Below, piece after piece: positions 49,108 through 58,059 of a DNA stretch of 64,000 nt. This DNA is from Mycobacterium phage prophiT49-2. The notes below the pieces were generated by a model that saw nothing but the letters and a program-made list of their open reading frames with translations, made no database searches and was not told the origin of the DNA. A program made the position numbers and the translations under genes. The stretch is taken from sequence record OQ417962.1; one strand, 5' to 3'. Position 1 is the first letter of the stretch. Every line of letters starts with the position of its first letter.

Positions 49108-50351
49108 TCGGAGCGCTCCTCCTGAACCCTGACGTGTTCTCCAAGCTGGAGGGCCTGAGGGCTGATCACTTCTACCACCCAACCAACGAACTCCTCTTCA
49201 CGTGCATTCAGGGCATGTATGCGGAGGCTGTGCCTATTGATGCCATGACGGTTTTCGACCGCCTGCGCCGAAGCAAAGATCTGCGTAAGTCTGGTGGAGC
49301 CCCCTACCTGCAGACCTGCATGGAGCACTGCAATGTGCCGGGGAACGTCGGTTACTACGCGCAGATCGTCACTGAGCAGTGGAAGATCCGCACCGTCAAC
49401 AGCCTGGGGCAGAGGTTCCAGGCGCTTCATGACGATCCGGGCGAGATCCCGGAGGCGTTGGAGGCCGCACGATCCTTCCTTGACCAGCTGGATGACATGC
49501 AGGAGGTCTACTCCCTTGGCTTCCGCGACCTGTATGACCAGTGGTCTACAGCGCAGGAGGATGATCGCCCGTTCTTGCCAACACCCTGGATGAATGTCAA
49601 TGACCAGCTCGGCGGGGGCTATCAGAGTCAGCGCCTGTATGTGACGGGCGCACGCCCTGGCTGCGGCAAGACGATCTTCGGCACGCAGGTGTCGTGGCAT
49701 ATCGCCAAGCAGGGGTACGAGACGCTGGTGTTCTCGCTGGAGCTCTCCAAGGACGACCTGATGGGCCGTCTTGCTGCGTGCGGCACAGAGACCCCTTACA
49801 AGCCGATCTTCCGGCGCAAGATGGATCCGTCTCAGCAGGAGAAGATCAGCCGATGGGCCGCTGACAATGCGGAGATCCGGTTCACGATCGATGATGAGCC
49901 AGATCTCACCATTGAGGAGATCGCGCAGAGGTGCCGGGTGCACAAGCAGCGGTTCGGTCTGGACTTCGTATTCATTGACTACCTGCAGCTGGTCAAGTCT
50001 GCCAAGCGATTTGACTCACGTGTGCTGGAGGTCGACTACATCGCGACCATGGCGCGCAGCATTGCACGTCGACTGGACTGTGCGGTTCTTGTTGCGGCAC
50101 AGTTGAATCGCAGCCTCGAGCAGCACAACGGCAAGCCTCGCCTTCCGACCAAGTCGGACTTTCGCGAATCGGGCGGCATTGAGCAGACGGCTGATGTCGC
50201 TGTCATCCTGTCCCGTCCACCTACGTCCCATGGAGATGACGAAGACCAGGGCGTGCCACTGATGAACGCGTGCTTCGTGAAGAATCGCCAGGGCCCTGAG
50301 GATGTCGTGATCCTTGCTGAGCGTTTCGACCAGATGCGGTTCGCGGCATGA
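49056..50351 (+). CDS. dnaB: DnaB-like replicative helicase
   Basis: N-terminal HDLRAEQGVIGALLLNP. Walker A GARPGCGKT. RecA-like C-terminal domain. Confidence 0.7.
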   Translation: MSGDREPAHDLRAEQGVIGALLLNPDVFSKLEGLRADHFYHPTNELLFTCIQGMYAEAVPIDAMTVFDRLRRSKDLRKSGGAPYLQTCMEHCNVPGNVGYYAQIVTEQWKIRTVNSLGQRFQALHDDPGEIPEALEAARSFLDQLDDMQEVYSLGFRDLYDQWSTAQEDDRPFLPTPWMNVNDQLGGGYQSQRLYVTGARPGCGKTIFGTQVSWHIAKQGYETLVFSLELSKDDLMGRLAACGTETPYKPIFRRKMDPSQQEKISRWAADNAEIRFTIDDEPDLTIEEIAQRCRVHKQRFGLDFVFIDYLQLVKSAKRFDSRVLEVDYIATMARSIARRLDCAVLVAAQLNRSLEQHNGKPRLPTKSDFRESGGIEQTADVAVILSRPPTSHGDDEDQGVPLMNACFVKNRQGPEDVVILAERFDQMRFAA

Positions 50352-50671
50352 AGCTCTGGAATTCAAACCAGGAGTGGTATCAGTACATCCAGTGTGGTGG
50401 AGATATCCGTTTCATCAAGGACCCCAACGAACTTGGCGAGAAGGATACTGCCGAGGTCCAGAGCATCTGTGGTGAATGTCCGGTACGTCCTGAGTGCTTG
50501 AAGGCGAATTGCGTTGACCGCCAGGAGAGTACGGTGTGGGTGGCTGGTGAATGGATTCCAGAGATGTTCGGGAAGACCCCCAAGGCGAAGGCGCGGCGCG
50601 CGGAGTTCTATGCGGCTATGGCCCGCAGGATCCCCGAGGAAGAGGATGACCGGCCCGACTTCATCCGCTAG
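50348..50671 (+). CDS. WhiB-family transcriptional regulator
   Basis: Four Cys including CGECPVRPEC (CxxCxxxxxC). GEWIPE resembles the WhiB G(V/I)WGG turn. Confidence 0.6.
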   Translation: MKLWNSNQEWYQYIQCGGDIRFIKDPNELGEKDTAEVQSICGECPVRPECLKANCVDRQESTVWVAGEWIPEMFGKTPKAKARRAEFYAAMARRIPEEEDDRPDFIR

Positions 50672-50800
50672 GCGGCAAACCCAACCAGTCAGTTGTCTGG
50701 TAAAGCCGAGTCCCCAGATGTTGACCCCGTGTGACCAGGGTTACAGTCTGCCAAACGAGACTTGGGAGGGTATCTGTGCATCGGCGGGGAGGCGTTTGCA

Positions 50801-50813
50801 GTTCATGTGGGTG
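50801..50813 (+). repeat. conserved motif (A)GTTCATGTGGGTG (copy 4)
   Basis: Read directly. Lies between whiB-like gene and the nuclease gene. Confidence 0.55.
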
Positions 50814-50835
50814 CCGGTTGTCATACCCTCTCTGT

Positions 50836-51294
50836 ATGGTCATTCCACTGACAGACAGTCAGCCGGGGAGGTTGAGGGTCTGTCGCGTAAACAGGTTCGG
50901 ACGTAAAGGTAGCGGGTCGTTGAGTAGGAACCGGAAGTCGGCGAAAGCCGCAGGGGCGAACTTCAATCGCCTCATTGTTGATGGGCTGCGAGAAGCATTG
51001 CAGGACCCCAACATTCAGGTTGCACCGAGCTGGGGGAGTGTTGACAAGGGCGATGTTGTCAACTTCCGTATTGACGGGCACGACATCGTTATCGAAACTA
51101 AGGACGTAGCTACATTAAGCCTTCCCGAAGGGGTTGGGGAGGCTAAAGTAGAGGCCAAGAACGCGGGAGCTCTTGCCGGGTTCTTCGTTCACAAGCGCAA
51201 AGGCACAACTGATCCCATGAAGCAGTGGGTTAGCTGCACCCTGGCCGAACTTGTCGCACTTGCAACAAAAGTTCCGGTACACGACCGGGACTGA
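50836..51294 (+). CDS. PD-(D/E)XK-family nuclease (possible Holliday-junction resolvase-like); start uncertain (ATG 50836 or TTG 50920)
   Basis: D..IETK segment (GDVVNFRIDGHDIVIETKDV) fits the D-x(n)-E-x-K motif. Confidence 0.45.
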   Translation: MVIPLTDSQPGRLRVCRVNRFGRKGSGSLSRNRKSAKAAGANFNRLIVDGLREALQDPNIQVAPSWGSVDKGDVVNFRIDGHDIVIETKDVATLSLPEGVGEAKVEAKNAGALAGFFVHKRKGTTDPMKQWVSCTLAELVALATKVPVHDRD

Positions 51295-51936
51295 TTGAAG
51301 GGATACAACCAAATGACCGCTATGATCGAGCGCCCACCTACGGCCAGCGACCTGGATCTTGATTGGCGCAGCAAAGCTGTATGCGATCCTGACGACCAGG
51401 AGTCGCACTTTCTCACCGTGGAAGAGCTGGTCGAGGATGGAGTCACTCAGGAGTTGGCTACCGAAATGGTGGCCTACGCCGAGCAGCGCGCAAAGGCCAC
51501 GTGCTCACGCTGCCCCGTTCTGGACATGTGCCGTACCTGGGCTTTGGATAATGGCGAGGAATTCGGCATCTGGGGTGGGACCACTCCAGCTGAACGCGCA
51601 GCGATGCGCCCCGAGTGGCCTGATATTAAGCAGATCACCATGCCGGTAGAGGCACTGACTGGCGAAGCTCTCCACGCTCACAACGGTGTGGATACTCGCT
51701 ACCGCAACCGCCTGGAAAAGGCACGTGCCGCCCATGAGCTGGTGACAGCTCGTCCCGACTTCGCTGTGTTCCATCGCCGTGTCGGGCACCAGAATCGCAC
51801 AGCATGCCTGGACGTGTTGAACGCGATCATTGCCAACCCTTCCGTTCCAACCACGGATCTGGCTGCACGCATTGGGAAGTCTTCGAACTTCTTCAGCCAG
51901 CTCTTTAGCTTGGTATGCCGCGAACTGGGTCTGTAG
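51295..51936 (+). CDS. WhiB-like domain protein with C-terminal HTH-like domain
   Basis: C..C.RCPVLDMC plus GIWGGTTPAER is the WhiB signature. ~110-aa C-terminal extension. Confidence 0.55.
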   Translation: MKGYNQMTAMIERPPTASDLDLDWRSKAVCDPDDQESHFLTVEELVEDGVTQELATEMVAYAEQRAKATCSRCPVLDMCRTWALDNGEEFGIWGGTTPAERAAMRPEWPDIKQITMPVEALTGEALHAHNGVDTRYRNRLEKARAAHELVTARPDFAVFHRRVGHQNRTACLDVLNAIIANPSVPTTDLAARIGKSSNFFSQLFSLVCRELGL

Positions 51937-52066
51937 CAAACCAAGACTTGCACACCATAGCTATATAATGTAAGTAGCTGCTGTAGAGCTACGCTCCAGT
52001 AGTCGCCCCGGTCGATGTATCTAGACGCCCTCTCACGCGCCGCCGACCGGGGCTCTACTTTTTCTC

Positions 52067-52080
52067 ACCCACATGAACCC
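52067..52080 (-). repeat. conserved motif GGTTCATGTGGGTG (copy 5, reverse orientation)
   Basis: Read directly. The ATG of gene 52073 is the CATG inside the motif. Confidence 0.6.
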
Positions 52081-52360
52081 GAATCCCGTCGATACGATTA
52101 TTTCCATGGATGGAAACGACTGGGGCGCAACGGCATCACTGAATGGCAGCATTCAGGCGTTGGCGGAAATCATTGCGACACAGCAGACTACGATCCACCT
52201 ATTGTCTAGCCGACTAGACAAAGCAAGAAGTGTCTTGTCAGTTATCCGCTTCGAAACATATGAGGTTGGGCATCGCCTCATGGGAGGCGTGAATCTGGTG
52301 GATCAACTTGCCCGCGTTCAAGCAATGGCTAGTCGCTGCTTGGAGGAGCTTCGCGCATGA
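52073..52360 (+). CDS. hypothetical protein
   Basis: ORF track. Confidence 0.45.
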   Translation: MNPNPVDTIISMDGNDWGATASLNGSIQALAEIIATQQTTIHLLSSRLDKARSVLSVIRFETYEVGHRLMGGVNLVDQLARVQAMASRCLEELRA

Positions 52361-52794
52361 GGGCTCCCGACGTCACTCTTAACCGCCAGGATGGAACCCC
52401 ATACCTATTGCGGTGGCACGTCATTCCGCGCAATAAGCACTTCAACATTTACCTTCACAAGTTCCTCGGGTCGGATGACGATCGCGCACTTCACGACCAT
52501 CCGTGGTGGTTCGTGTCAATCTTGTTGAAGGGCTCCTACTGGGAGTATCGCGCGGACGGATCACGGAATCTGCGCAAGGCCCCGAGTATCGCGTTCCGCC
52601 GAGCGACCGTGGCCCATCGTGTGGAGCTGGTGCCTCTGCCGATATGGAGCTTCGAAAACGACCGGTGGTACGAGAAGCCAGCCACCACCCTGATCATCAC
52701 TGGCCGCGTGACTCGTGACTGGGGTTTCCACTGTCCAAACGGTTGGAAGCACTGGCGAAAGTTCATCAATCACAACGGATGTGGAGAGATATGA
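52357..52794 (+). CDS. hypothetical protein (HDHPW motif, possible cupin-like)
   Basis: ORF track. ATGA overlap. Confidence 0.45.
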   Translation: MRAPDVTLNRQDGTPYLLRWHVIPRNKHFNIYLHKFLGSDDDRALHDHPWWFVSILLKGSYWEYRADGSRNLRKAPSIAFRRATVAHRVELVPLPIWSFENDRWYEKPATTLIITGRVTRDWGFHCPNGWKHWRKFINHNGCGEI

Positions 52795-53024
52795 GCAAGC
52801 TCGAAGCGGGCGTGAAAATGACTGATCACGAGGACCACGTACATGTGGCGGATGAGAACCCAATGGTTCCCGCCGACTCGGATGGTGCCCCCGAGCGTTG
52901 GTCTCGAATTCCGGGCCGCGCACTCAAGCGCAGCCTTGCGAAGGGCTATGGCGAGTACAACCCGCTTCGCCCGCGTGTGCGCCGTCGCATCCACCGCATC
53001 CGCCGACAGAAGGCCTGGATTTGA
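52791..53024 (+). CDS. hypothetical basic protein
   Basis: Internal ATG overlaps the upstream stop. Confidence 0.4.
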   Translation: MSKLEAGVKMTDHEDHVHVADENPMVPADSDGAPERWSRIPGRALKRSLAKGYGEYNPLRPRVRRRIHRIRRQKAWI

Positions 53025-53821
53025 CCACGCTCATCGTCGGCTCGGTAGCCGCGAAGCACTGGTTTCCCGACTGGCGGGAACCGAAGGATGTGGACCTCTT
53101 CACGAACGAGCCAAACACCTCGCTCGCGGACCCATCTATCCGAGGGGACGCATTCTGGGATCCCCGGCTGTACGAGATTCTGGAGTTGACGGACAAGACG
53201 TCCGTATTCGCAAGCCCAGATCAGCTGTACACAATCAAGCACTCGCACGCCTACTGGGAGCTGAAGAACAACTCCTGGGGTAAGCACATGGCCGACATGC
53301 TGGACCTCAAACGTAGGGGAGCCGGGCTCATCCCCGAATGGCATGACGTGCTCTACAGGGTGTGGGAAGACCTCCACGGCAAGAAGCAGGTGGACCTCAC
53401 CCAGGAGTCGGACGAGTTCTTCACCGACGCGGTGAAGCGCATCTATGACCATGACTCCATCCACCACTCCGTGGCCTACACACCCGGGAAGCCCATCTAT
53501 GACGAGTGCCTGAAGGACGGCAAGACGGTCCAGATGGACATGGCGCAGGTCTGGGCAATGCCTCACGAGCGCATTGTGCAGATGTTCCGCGAGGAGATCT
53601 ACGTGACCGCACTGGAGCGGTTGGTGATCCCCAACGACTACAAGTACTCACCGGGTGCGGCATACCAGTGGGCCCTGCGCCGCACAATCACCTCCCTGAC
53701 GAAGGGGAGGAGCGCTCAGTTCATCGTCAGCCACTTTGACGAGTTCCGTAAGCCGGATCTCGATTACGTGCAGTGGCACAAGGACAACAACCGTTTTCTG
53801 AAGCGATTGGAAACCGCATGA
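53021..53821 (+). CDS. second nucleotidyltransferase-fold protein (GS...DVD)
   Basis: TTG start overlapping upstream stop. Motif IVGSVAAKHWFPDWREPKDVDLF. Confidence 0.45.
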   Translation: MTTLIVGSVAAKHWFPDWREPKDVDLFTNEPNTSLADPSIRGDAFWDPRLYEILELTDKTSVFASPDQLYTIKHSHAYWELKNNSWGKHMADMLDLKRRGAGLIPEWHDVLYRVWEDLHGKKQVDLTQESDEFFTDAVKRIYDHDSIHHSVAYTPGKPIYDECLKDGKTVQMDMAQVWAMPHERIVQMFREEIYVTALERLVIPNDYKYSPGAAYQWALRRTITSLTKGRSAQFIVSHFDEFRKPDLDYVQWHKDNNRFLKRLETA

Positions 53822-54153
53822 GCTACACCGTTGAAGACATCACGAATCTCGCTACCACCTTCGTAGCCCCCCGGGTTGCTTGGGAGGGGCTCTACAACCT
53901 ACTTCAGATGGGTGCTTCGGTCGGCCTCCCGGGCATCGGGATTGCCACCTTGGTTGAGGCTCACACCCCAGAGAAGGAAGAGGGTTCGCATATGCCGCAG
54001 GCGTACTTCGTTTTCGAGGTGCGCAGCTTCTCGGGGGCTCGACACTTCAAGCACTGCGGCTATGCCACCTCCTATGACGGAATCCATTGGGGTGGAGACA
54101 CGTTCGAGGTCGAAGCCGCGCCAGTGCAGAAGAATTACTGGAGGTCTATCTGA
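53818..54153 (+). CDS. tandem paralog 1 (MSYTVEDI...)
   Basis: Shares N-terminus and the HF(K/R)..GY.(T/A)S(Y/F).G..(W/Y)(G/D)G(D/P)T.EV block with the next two genes. Confidence 0.5.
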   Translation: MSYTVEDITNLATTFVAPRVAWEGLYNLLQMGASVGLPGIGIATLVEAHTPEKEEGSHMPQAYFVFEVRSFSGARHFKHCGYATSYDGIHWGGDTFEVEAAPVQKNYWRSI

Positions 54154-54488
54154 TGAGCTACACCATCAAGGAACTAAACAAAGCGATCGAAGACGAAGAA
54201 AATGAGTGGTCCGGTGACTGGTTCGAGTTCGAAGACCTGCTCGAGTCTGAGGATGACGGGGCGGTCATCCCTGGTATCGGGCGAGCGACCTTTATCGATC
54301 AGTACGGCGGACTCGGCAAGGGCGAAGACCTTTGGATGGTCTTCAAGGTCACCAGCCTTGATGGGACTGAGCGGCACTTCCGACGCAGTGGCTACTACGC
54401 ATCCTTCGTTGGCGGTGACTATGACGGCCCGACAAGAGAAGTAAGAGTCACCCAGAAGCTTATGAACGTATATGAGGAGATCAAGTGA
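54153..54488 (+). CDS. tandem paralog 2 (MSYTIKEL...)
   Basis: As above. ATGA overlaps. Confidence 0.5.
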   Translation: MSYTIKELNKAIEDEENEWSGDWFEFEDLLESEDDGAVIPGIGRATFIDQYGGLGKGEDLWMVFKVTSLDGTERHFRRSGYYASFVGGDYDGPTREVRVTQKLMNVYEEIK

Positions 54489-54913
54489 GCTACACCGTCG
54501 AGGATATCGAAGAGCTGGTACAGGATACCGGCTGGGATGTGACGTACACCCCGTACAAAGAGACCGAGCCGAAGACTGAGCACATCACCGGCTGGCACGA
54601 GTTCGAGGAATACATCGGGGTGAACAAGGAGCGGTGGAACCCTGACACCCGCAAATTCGATCCGATCCCCGAGTCGGAGATTGATTACAAGTACTTCGAA
54701 GGCTTCGGGCGTATCGAGCTTGAGGACACCTTCGGAGGCGAAGGTCAAGGCGACCAGTACTGGTTTGTCTTCAAGATTACCGACGATAATGGCGAGGTTC
54801 GCTACTTCCGTCGTGATGGGTGGTATGCCTCCTTCAATGGTGGCTACTACGACGGACCCACCGAAGAGGTTGTCTCGCAGGAGAAGACCATCACTGTGTG
54901 GGTCAAGAAGTGA
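54485..54913 (+). CDS. tandem paralog 3 (MSYTVEDI...)
   Basis: As above. Confidence 0.5.
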   Translation: MSYTVEDIEELVQDTGWDVTYTPYKETEPKTEHITGWHEFEEYIGVNKERWNPDTRKFDPIPESEIDYKYFEGFGRIELEDTFGGEGQGDQYWFVFKITDDNGEVRYFRRDGWYASFNGGYYDGPTEEVVSQEKTITVWVKK

Positions 54914-55095
54914 CCCCAGAAGCGCTCACTGAGGTCGCACGCCGGATCGCGATCGAACACCTCGAAGACGGAATCGAGTTCAGCTCTGTGTATGAGCGCG
55001 ATGAACTTATCGAGGTTGACGAGGACGTCCTGCGTGGGATCCACGACCGGGCCAACGATTTTCTGAACGAAGCAGCAAGGGAGCTTGGCGCGTGA
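54910..55095 (+). CDS. hypothetical protein (GTG start)
   Basis: GTGA overlap. Confidence 0.35.
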   Translation: MTPEALTEVARRIAIEHLEDGIEFSSVYERDELIEVDEDVLRGIHDRANDFLNEAARELGA

Positions 55096-55463
55096 GTGTC
55101 GGGGAAGTGATGACCACCTCCTCCACAGGAGGGCAGAAGGCGGGCAACGACGTCCGCATGTCCCTGCTGCCCGTGCGTGAGCTCCTAGAGGTTGCGGAGC
55201 TGTACGGCAAGGGCGCGAAGAAGTACTCAGACCATAACTGGGCCAAGGGCTATGAGTGGTCTAAGTCGTACGACGCCATGATGCGTCACGCTATGGCGTG
55301 GTGGAATGGTGAAGAGTTCGACAACGGCGAGGGCGGCACCGGCCTGGAGCACCTCACCGCCGTGATCTTCCATGCTTTGGCATTGATGTATTTCCGCAAG
55401 AACTTCCCCGAGTTCGATGATCGCTTCAAGGGCCCGAAGGGGTTGGAGAAGTTCCGCGACTAA
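55092..55463 (+). CDS. hypothetical protein (GKGAKKYSDHNWAKGY motif)
   Basis: ORF track. Confidence 0.45.
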   Translation: MSVGEVMTTSSTGGQKAGNDVRMSLLPVRELLEVAELYGKGAKKYSDHNWAKGYEWSKSYDAMMRHAMAWWNGEEFDNGEGGTGLEHLTAVIFHALALMYFRKNFPEFDDRFKGPKGLEKFRD

Positions 55464-55684
55464 TGCGCTACTCCGAAAAGGGCTGGATCGGCCTGGTGGC
55501 GTATATCGCCGCCGTTGAATACTTTGCGCCCGAAGATGAGAAGCTCAGTCACCAGTTTGATAGGTGGCTGAGCTCTCGTCTTGGTTGGGCTATTTGTCAT
55601 GCCGCCGTGGCTATTACGGGGCTCCATCTCCTGAACTACCTGAGCGAGAAGGTCGATCCGTACACGGGTTTCGGTCGAAAATAA
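55463..55684 (+). CDS. small membrane protein
   Basis: Hydrophobic WIGLVAYIAAV and AICHAAVAITGLHLL. Confidence 0.4.
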   Translation: MRYSEKGWIGLVAYIAAVEYFAPEDEKLSHQFDRWLSSRLGWAICHAAVAITGLHLLNYLSEKVDPYTGFGRK

Positions 55685-55692
55685 CTACCCAC

Positions 55693-55962
55693 ATGATCCC
55701 ATTTTACCGAAATAGACTGGGACACATGGAAACTTTGAAAACACCTGGGACGCGGCTCCCATTCCACTACTCCAACGGACACCTCACTGTCGCACTGGGG
55801 GATGGGCGCTACCTCCTAATCGTCGCAGGCCCCGACACACTCGTAGCGCCTCCAAAGAGCGTTTGGGTGCAGAGCGTAGAAGAGCGCGGCGAGATGGCTA
55901 ACATGCTGTTCGAGGCCTTTCTCGCTGGTACGACCCTCGACTGCTTCGCGGCCCCCGAGTGA
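55693..55962 (+). CDS. hypothetical protein (ATG inside reverse motif variant; alternative start 55726)
   Basis: Frame of ORF-track entry 55564..55962. Confidence 0.35.
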   Translation: MIPFYRNRLGHMETLKTPGTRLPFHYSNGHLTVALGDGRYLLIVAGPDTLVAPPKSVWVQSVEERGEMANMLFEAFLAGTTLDCFAAPE

Positions 55963-56192
55963 GCGCTACGGGCGAGTTCGAGCATCTCGGTCAGCTCGAA
56001 GCCATTGAGACAGACATGGGCGTGACCATCCGGGTCACTGAGAACATCTTCATTCAGGTGCTTACCCATAAGAGCGGTGAGCCACATGCCTTTCTCGTGT
56101 CCGGTGAGCAATTGCATGTCATGACAGAAGAATTCATCGCCCATTGGGACAAGCTCACCACCGCGAAGCTCGAAGAACAGTTCCAGAACTGA
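55959..56192 (+). CDS. hypothetical protein
   Basis: ORF track. Confidence 0.4.
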   Translation: MSATGEFEHLGQLEAIETDMGVTIRVTENIFIQVLTHKSGEPHAFLVSGEQLHVMTEEFIAHWDKLTTAKLEEQFQN

Positions 56193-56205
56193 GATAGGCA
56201 GACAT

Positions 56206-57012
56206 ATGACGGATGCGAAGATCCTGGCAATCGATATCGAGCGCCAGTCGGCTCTGGTTGACGGGGTGTGGGAAGGCAAGCAGTACGGCAGTTGGATTGC
56301 CCCCGAACGCGTTATCGAGCCTCCTCGCACCATCTGCTTCGCCTACCGGTGGATTGACGACCCCAACCACAAGACCAAGTTCGTTGCCGAATGGGATGGG
56401 AACCTCCCGCAGGACAACCAGTCTCACACCCCGGGTGGTGGACATCAGAACATGGTGGAGCAGGCTTGGGACCTCCTGTCGGCAGCGGACTACGTCGTGG
56501 GGTACAACAGTAAGAACTTCGACGTCAAGCACCTCAATACCGCGTTCTGGTATTACGACCTAACGCCGCCAGCTCCTCATGTGGACATTGACCTCATGAA
56601 GGAAATCTCGCGAAACTTCAACCCATACGCCAAGTCAATGCGCTATGTCGCAAAGGCAAAGGCGATGGAGGGCAAGGAGAACACTGAGAATGGCCTTTGG
56701 CGCACACTGCGCTTCGGCCAGGGCGATGTGCTACGCCGTGCTCGTCGGTCAATGAAGAGCTACAACATGCGCGACGTCGATCAGACGGTGGAGCTCTACT
56801 ACGACACCCGTCCGTGGCTGCGTGGCATGAACCTCGGGTTGTGGACCGAGGACGGCGAGATGCATTGTCCAAATTGCAATTCCACGCACATCACCAAGCA
56901 GGGCACTCGAAAGAACGCCACTCGTGTTTACACGCGCTTCCAGTGCCAGGACTGCGGCAAGTGGCTGAAAGACACCCATTGCATCGCATCCACCAACGTG
57001 ACAGGAATCTGA
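56206..57012 (+). CDS. DnaQ-like 3'-5' exonuclease (DEDD) with C-terminal zinc ribbon
   Basis: Exo I ILAIDIE. Exo II YVVGYNSKNFDVKHL. C-terminal CPNC...CQDC. Confidence 0.55.
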   Translation: MTDAKILAIDIERQSALVDGVWEGKQYGSWIAPERVIEPPRTICFAYRWIDDPNHKTKFVAEWDGNLPQDNQSHTPGGGHQNMVEQAWDLLSAADYVVGYNSKNFDVKHLNTAFWYYDLTPPAPHVDIDLMKEISRNFNPYAKSMRYVAKAKAMEGKENTENGLWRTLRFGQGDVLRRARRSMKSYNMRDVDQTVELYYDTRPWLRGMNLGLWTEDGEMHCPNCNSTHITKQGTRKNATRVYTRFQCQDCGKWLKDTHCIASTNVTGI

Positions 57013-57014
57013 CT

Positions 57015-57227
57015 ATGAAGAACCAAATCGAAAACACTTTCAATATCAACAGCAACGACACCGTTGACATTGGTTTCAACGGCATTCCCATCGATCAGGT
57101 AGGCGAGTTCTTCGCATGGCTGGGCACCGCTGCGGGGCTCATAGCCCTCACAAACTCTTTCATCGCGGCGGTCAAGGAATCTGGCGTATTTCCAGATGAG
57201 GTCATCAAGGAATTGGAGCAGATCTAG
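57015..57227 (+). CDS. hypothetical protein
   Basis: Internal ATG after exonuclease stop. Confidence 0.4.
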   Translation: MKNQIENTFNINSNDTVDIGFNGIPIDQVGEFFAWLGTAAGLIALTNSFIAAVKESGVFPDEVIKELEQI

Positions 57228-57443
57228 GTGAGCCTGCGCCCCGATGACACAGTGCTTATCCGCCAGCTCGAAGAGGTTCTCATCAGCGAACTCGACCGCC
57301 AGCATCTGGACGGCGAGATCGAAGAAACCGCAACGGGCGAGGTCTATTTCGATGCCATTGACGGCGAACTGAGCGGACGCCCTGACTGGTACAAGGCCGT
57401 CACGAAGGTGATGGAGGCTTACTGGGCCGAGGAGGGACGCTGA
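57228..57443 (+). CDS. hypothetical protein
   Basis: ORF track. Confidence 0.4.
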   Translation: MSLRPDDTVLIRQLEEVLISELDRQHLDGEIEETATGEVYFDAIDGELSGRPDWYKAVTKVMEAYWAEEGR

Positions 57444-57955
57444 TGGAGACACCTGAGCTGATCTGGAAGCCAATCCCTTTCCTGGACCAGCGGTATGAAG
57501 TGTCCAACACAGGTATCGTTCGATCGTTGCCGTTCACCCGGGAATTCACCCGCAAGGACGGCACGACATGGAAACGCAACTACAACGGTTACTACCTGTC
57601 GCGGCGAATTGGCCGGAACGCCAGTAAGAACCGACCAGCTGATGACCATCTATACGTGTCGATTCATCGTGGATCCGGGCGTACTGCGAGTTGGAGTCTG
57701 CTCTTACGGGTAGACACCCTAGTCGCTTCTGCTTTCCATGGCGTGCCGTACAACCGAGCTGATCAACGTGAAGTGCAGAAGTGGCGTGTCCACCACATTG
57801 ACGGTGATCCACAAAACTGCGACGCCGACAACCTCGAGTGGCGTTCACGTCTCAGCACTCAGCCAGGCGATGTGGACAACCACTCGAAGAACCTTGCCGA
57901 GTTCCGGGCCTCCACCGACAACGTGATGGAGCGCCTGTTCGGAAACGTTGCGTGA
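57443..57955 (+). CDS. HNH endonuclease with NUMOD4-like N-terminal motif
   Basis: N-terminal WKPIPF..YEVSNTGIVRS. HNH core VHHIDGDPQNCDADNLEW. Confidence 0.55.
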   Translation: METPELIWKPIPFLDQRYEVSNTGIVRSLPFTREFTRKDGTTWKRNYNGYYLSRRIGRNASKNRPADDHLYVSIHRGSGRTASWSLLLRVDTLVASAFHGVPYNRADQREVQKWRVHHIDGDPQNCDADNLEWRSRLSTQPGDVDNHSKNLAEFRASTDNVMERLFGNVA

Positions 57956-58059
57956 AGCAGCTCATCTACCTCTACCACAGGCTATTTCACTTCAGACGTG
58001 GGTCTCAGCGCCCCGTGACCGTAGCCGAATTACTCACCACCGAAATCTAGGAGCCGTCT

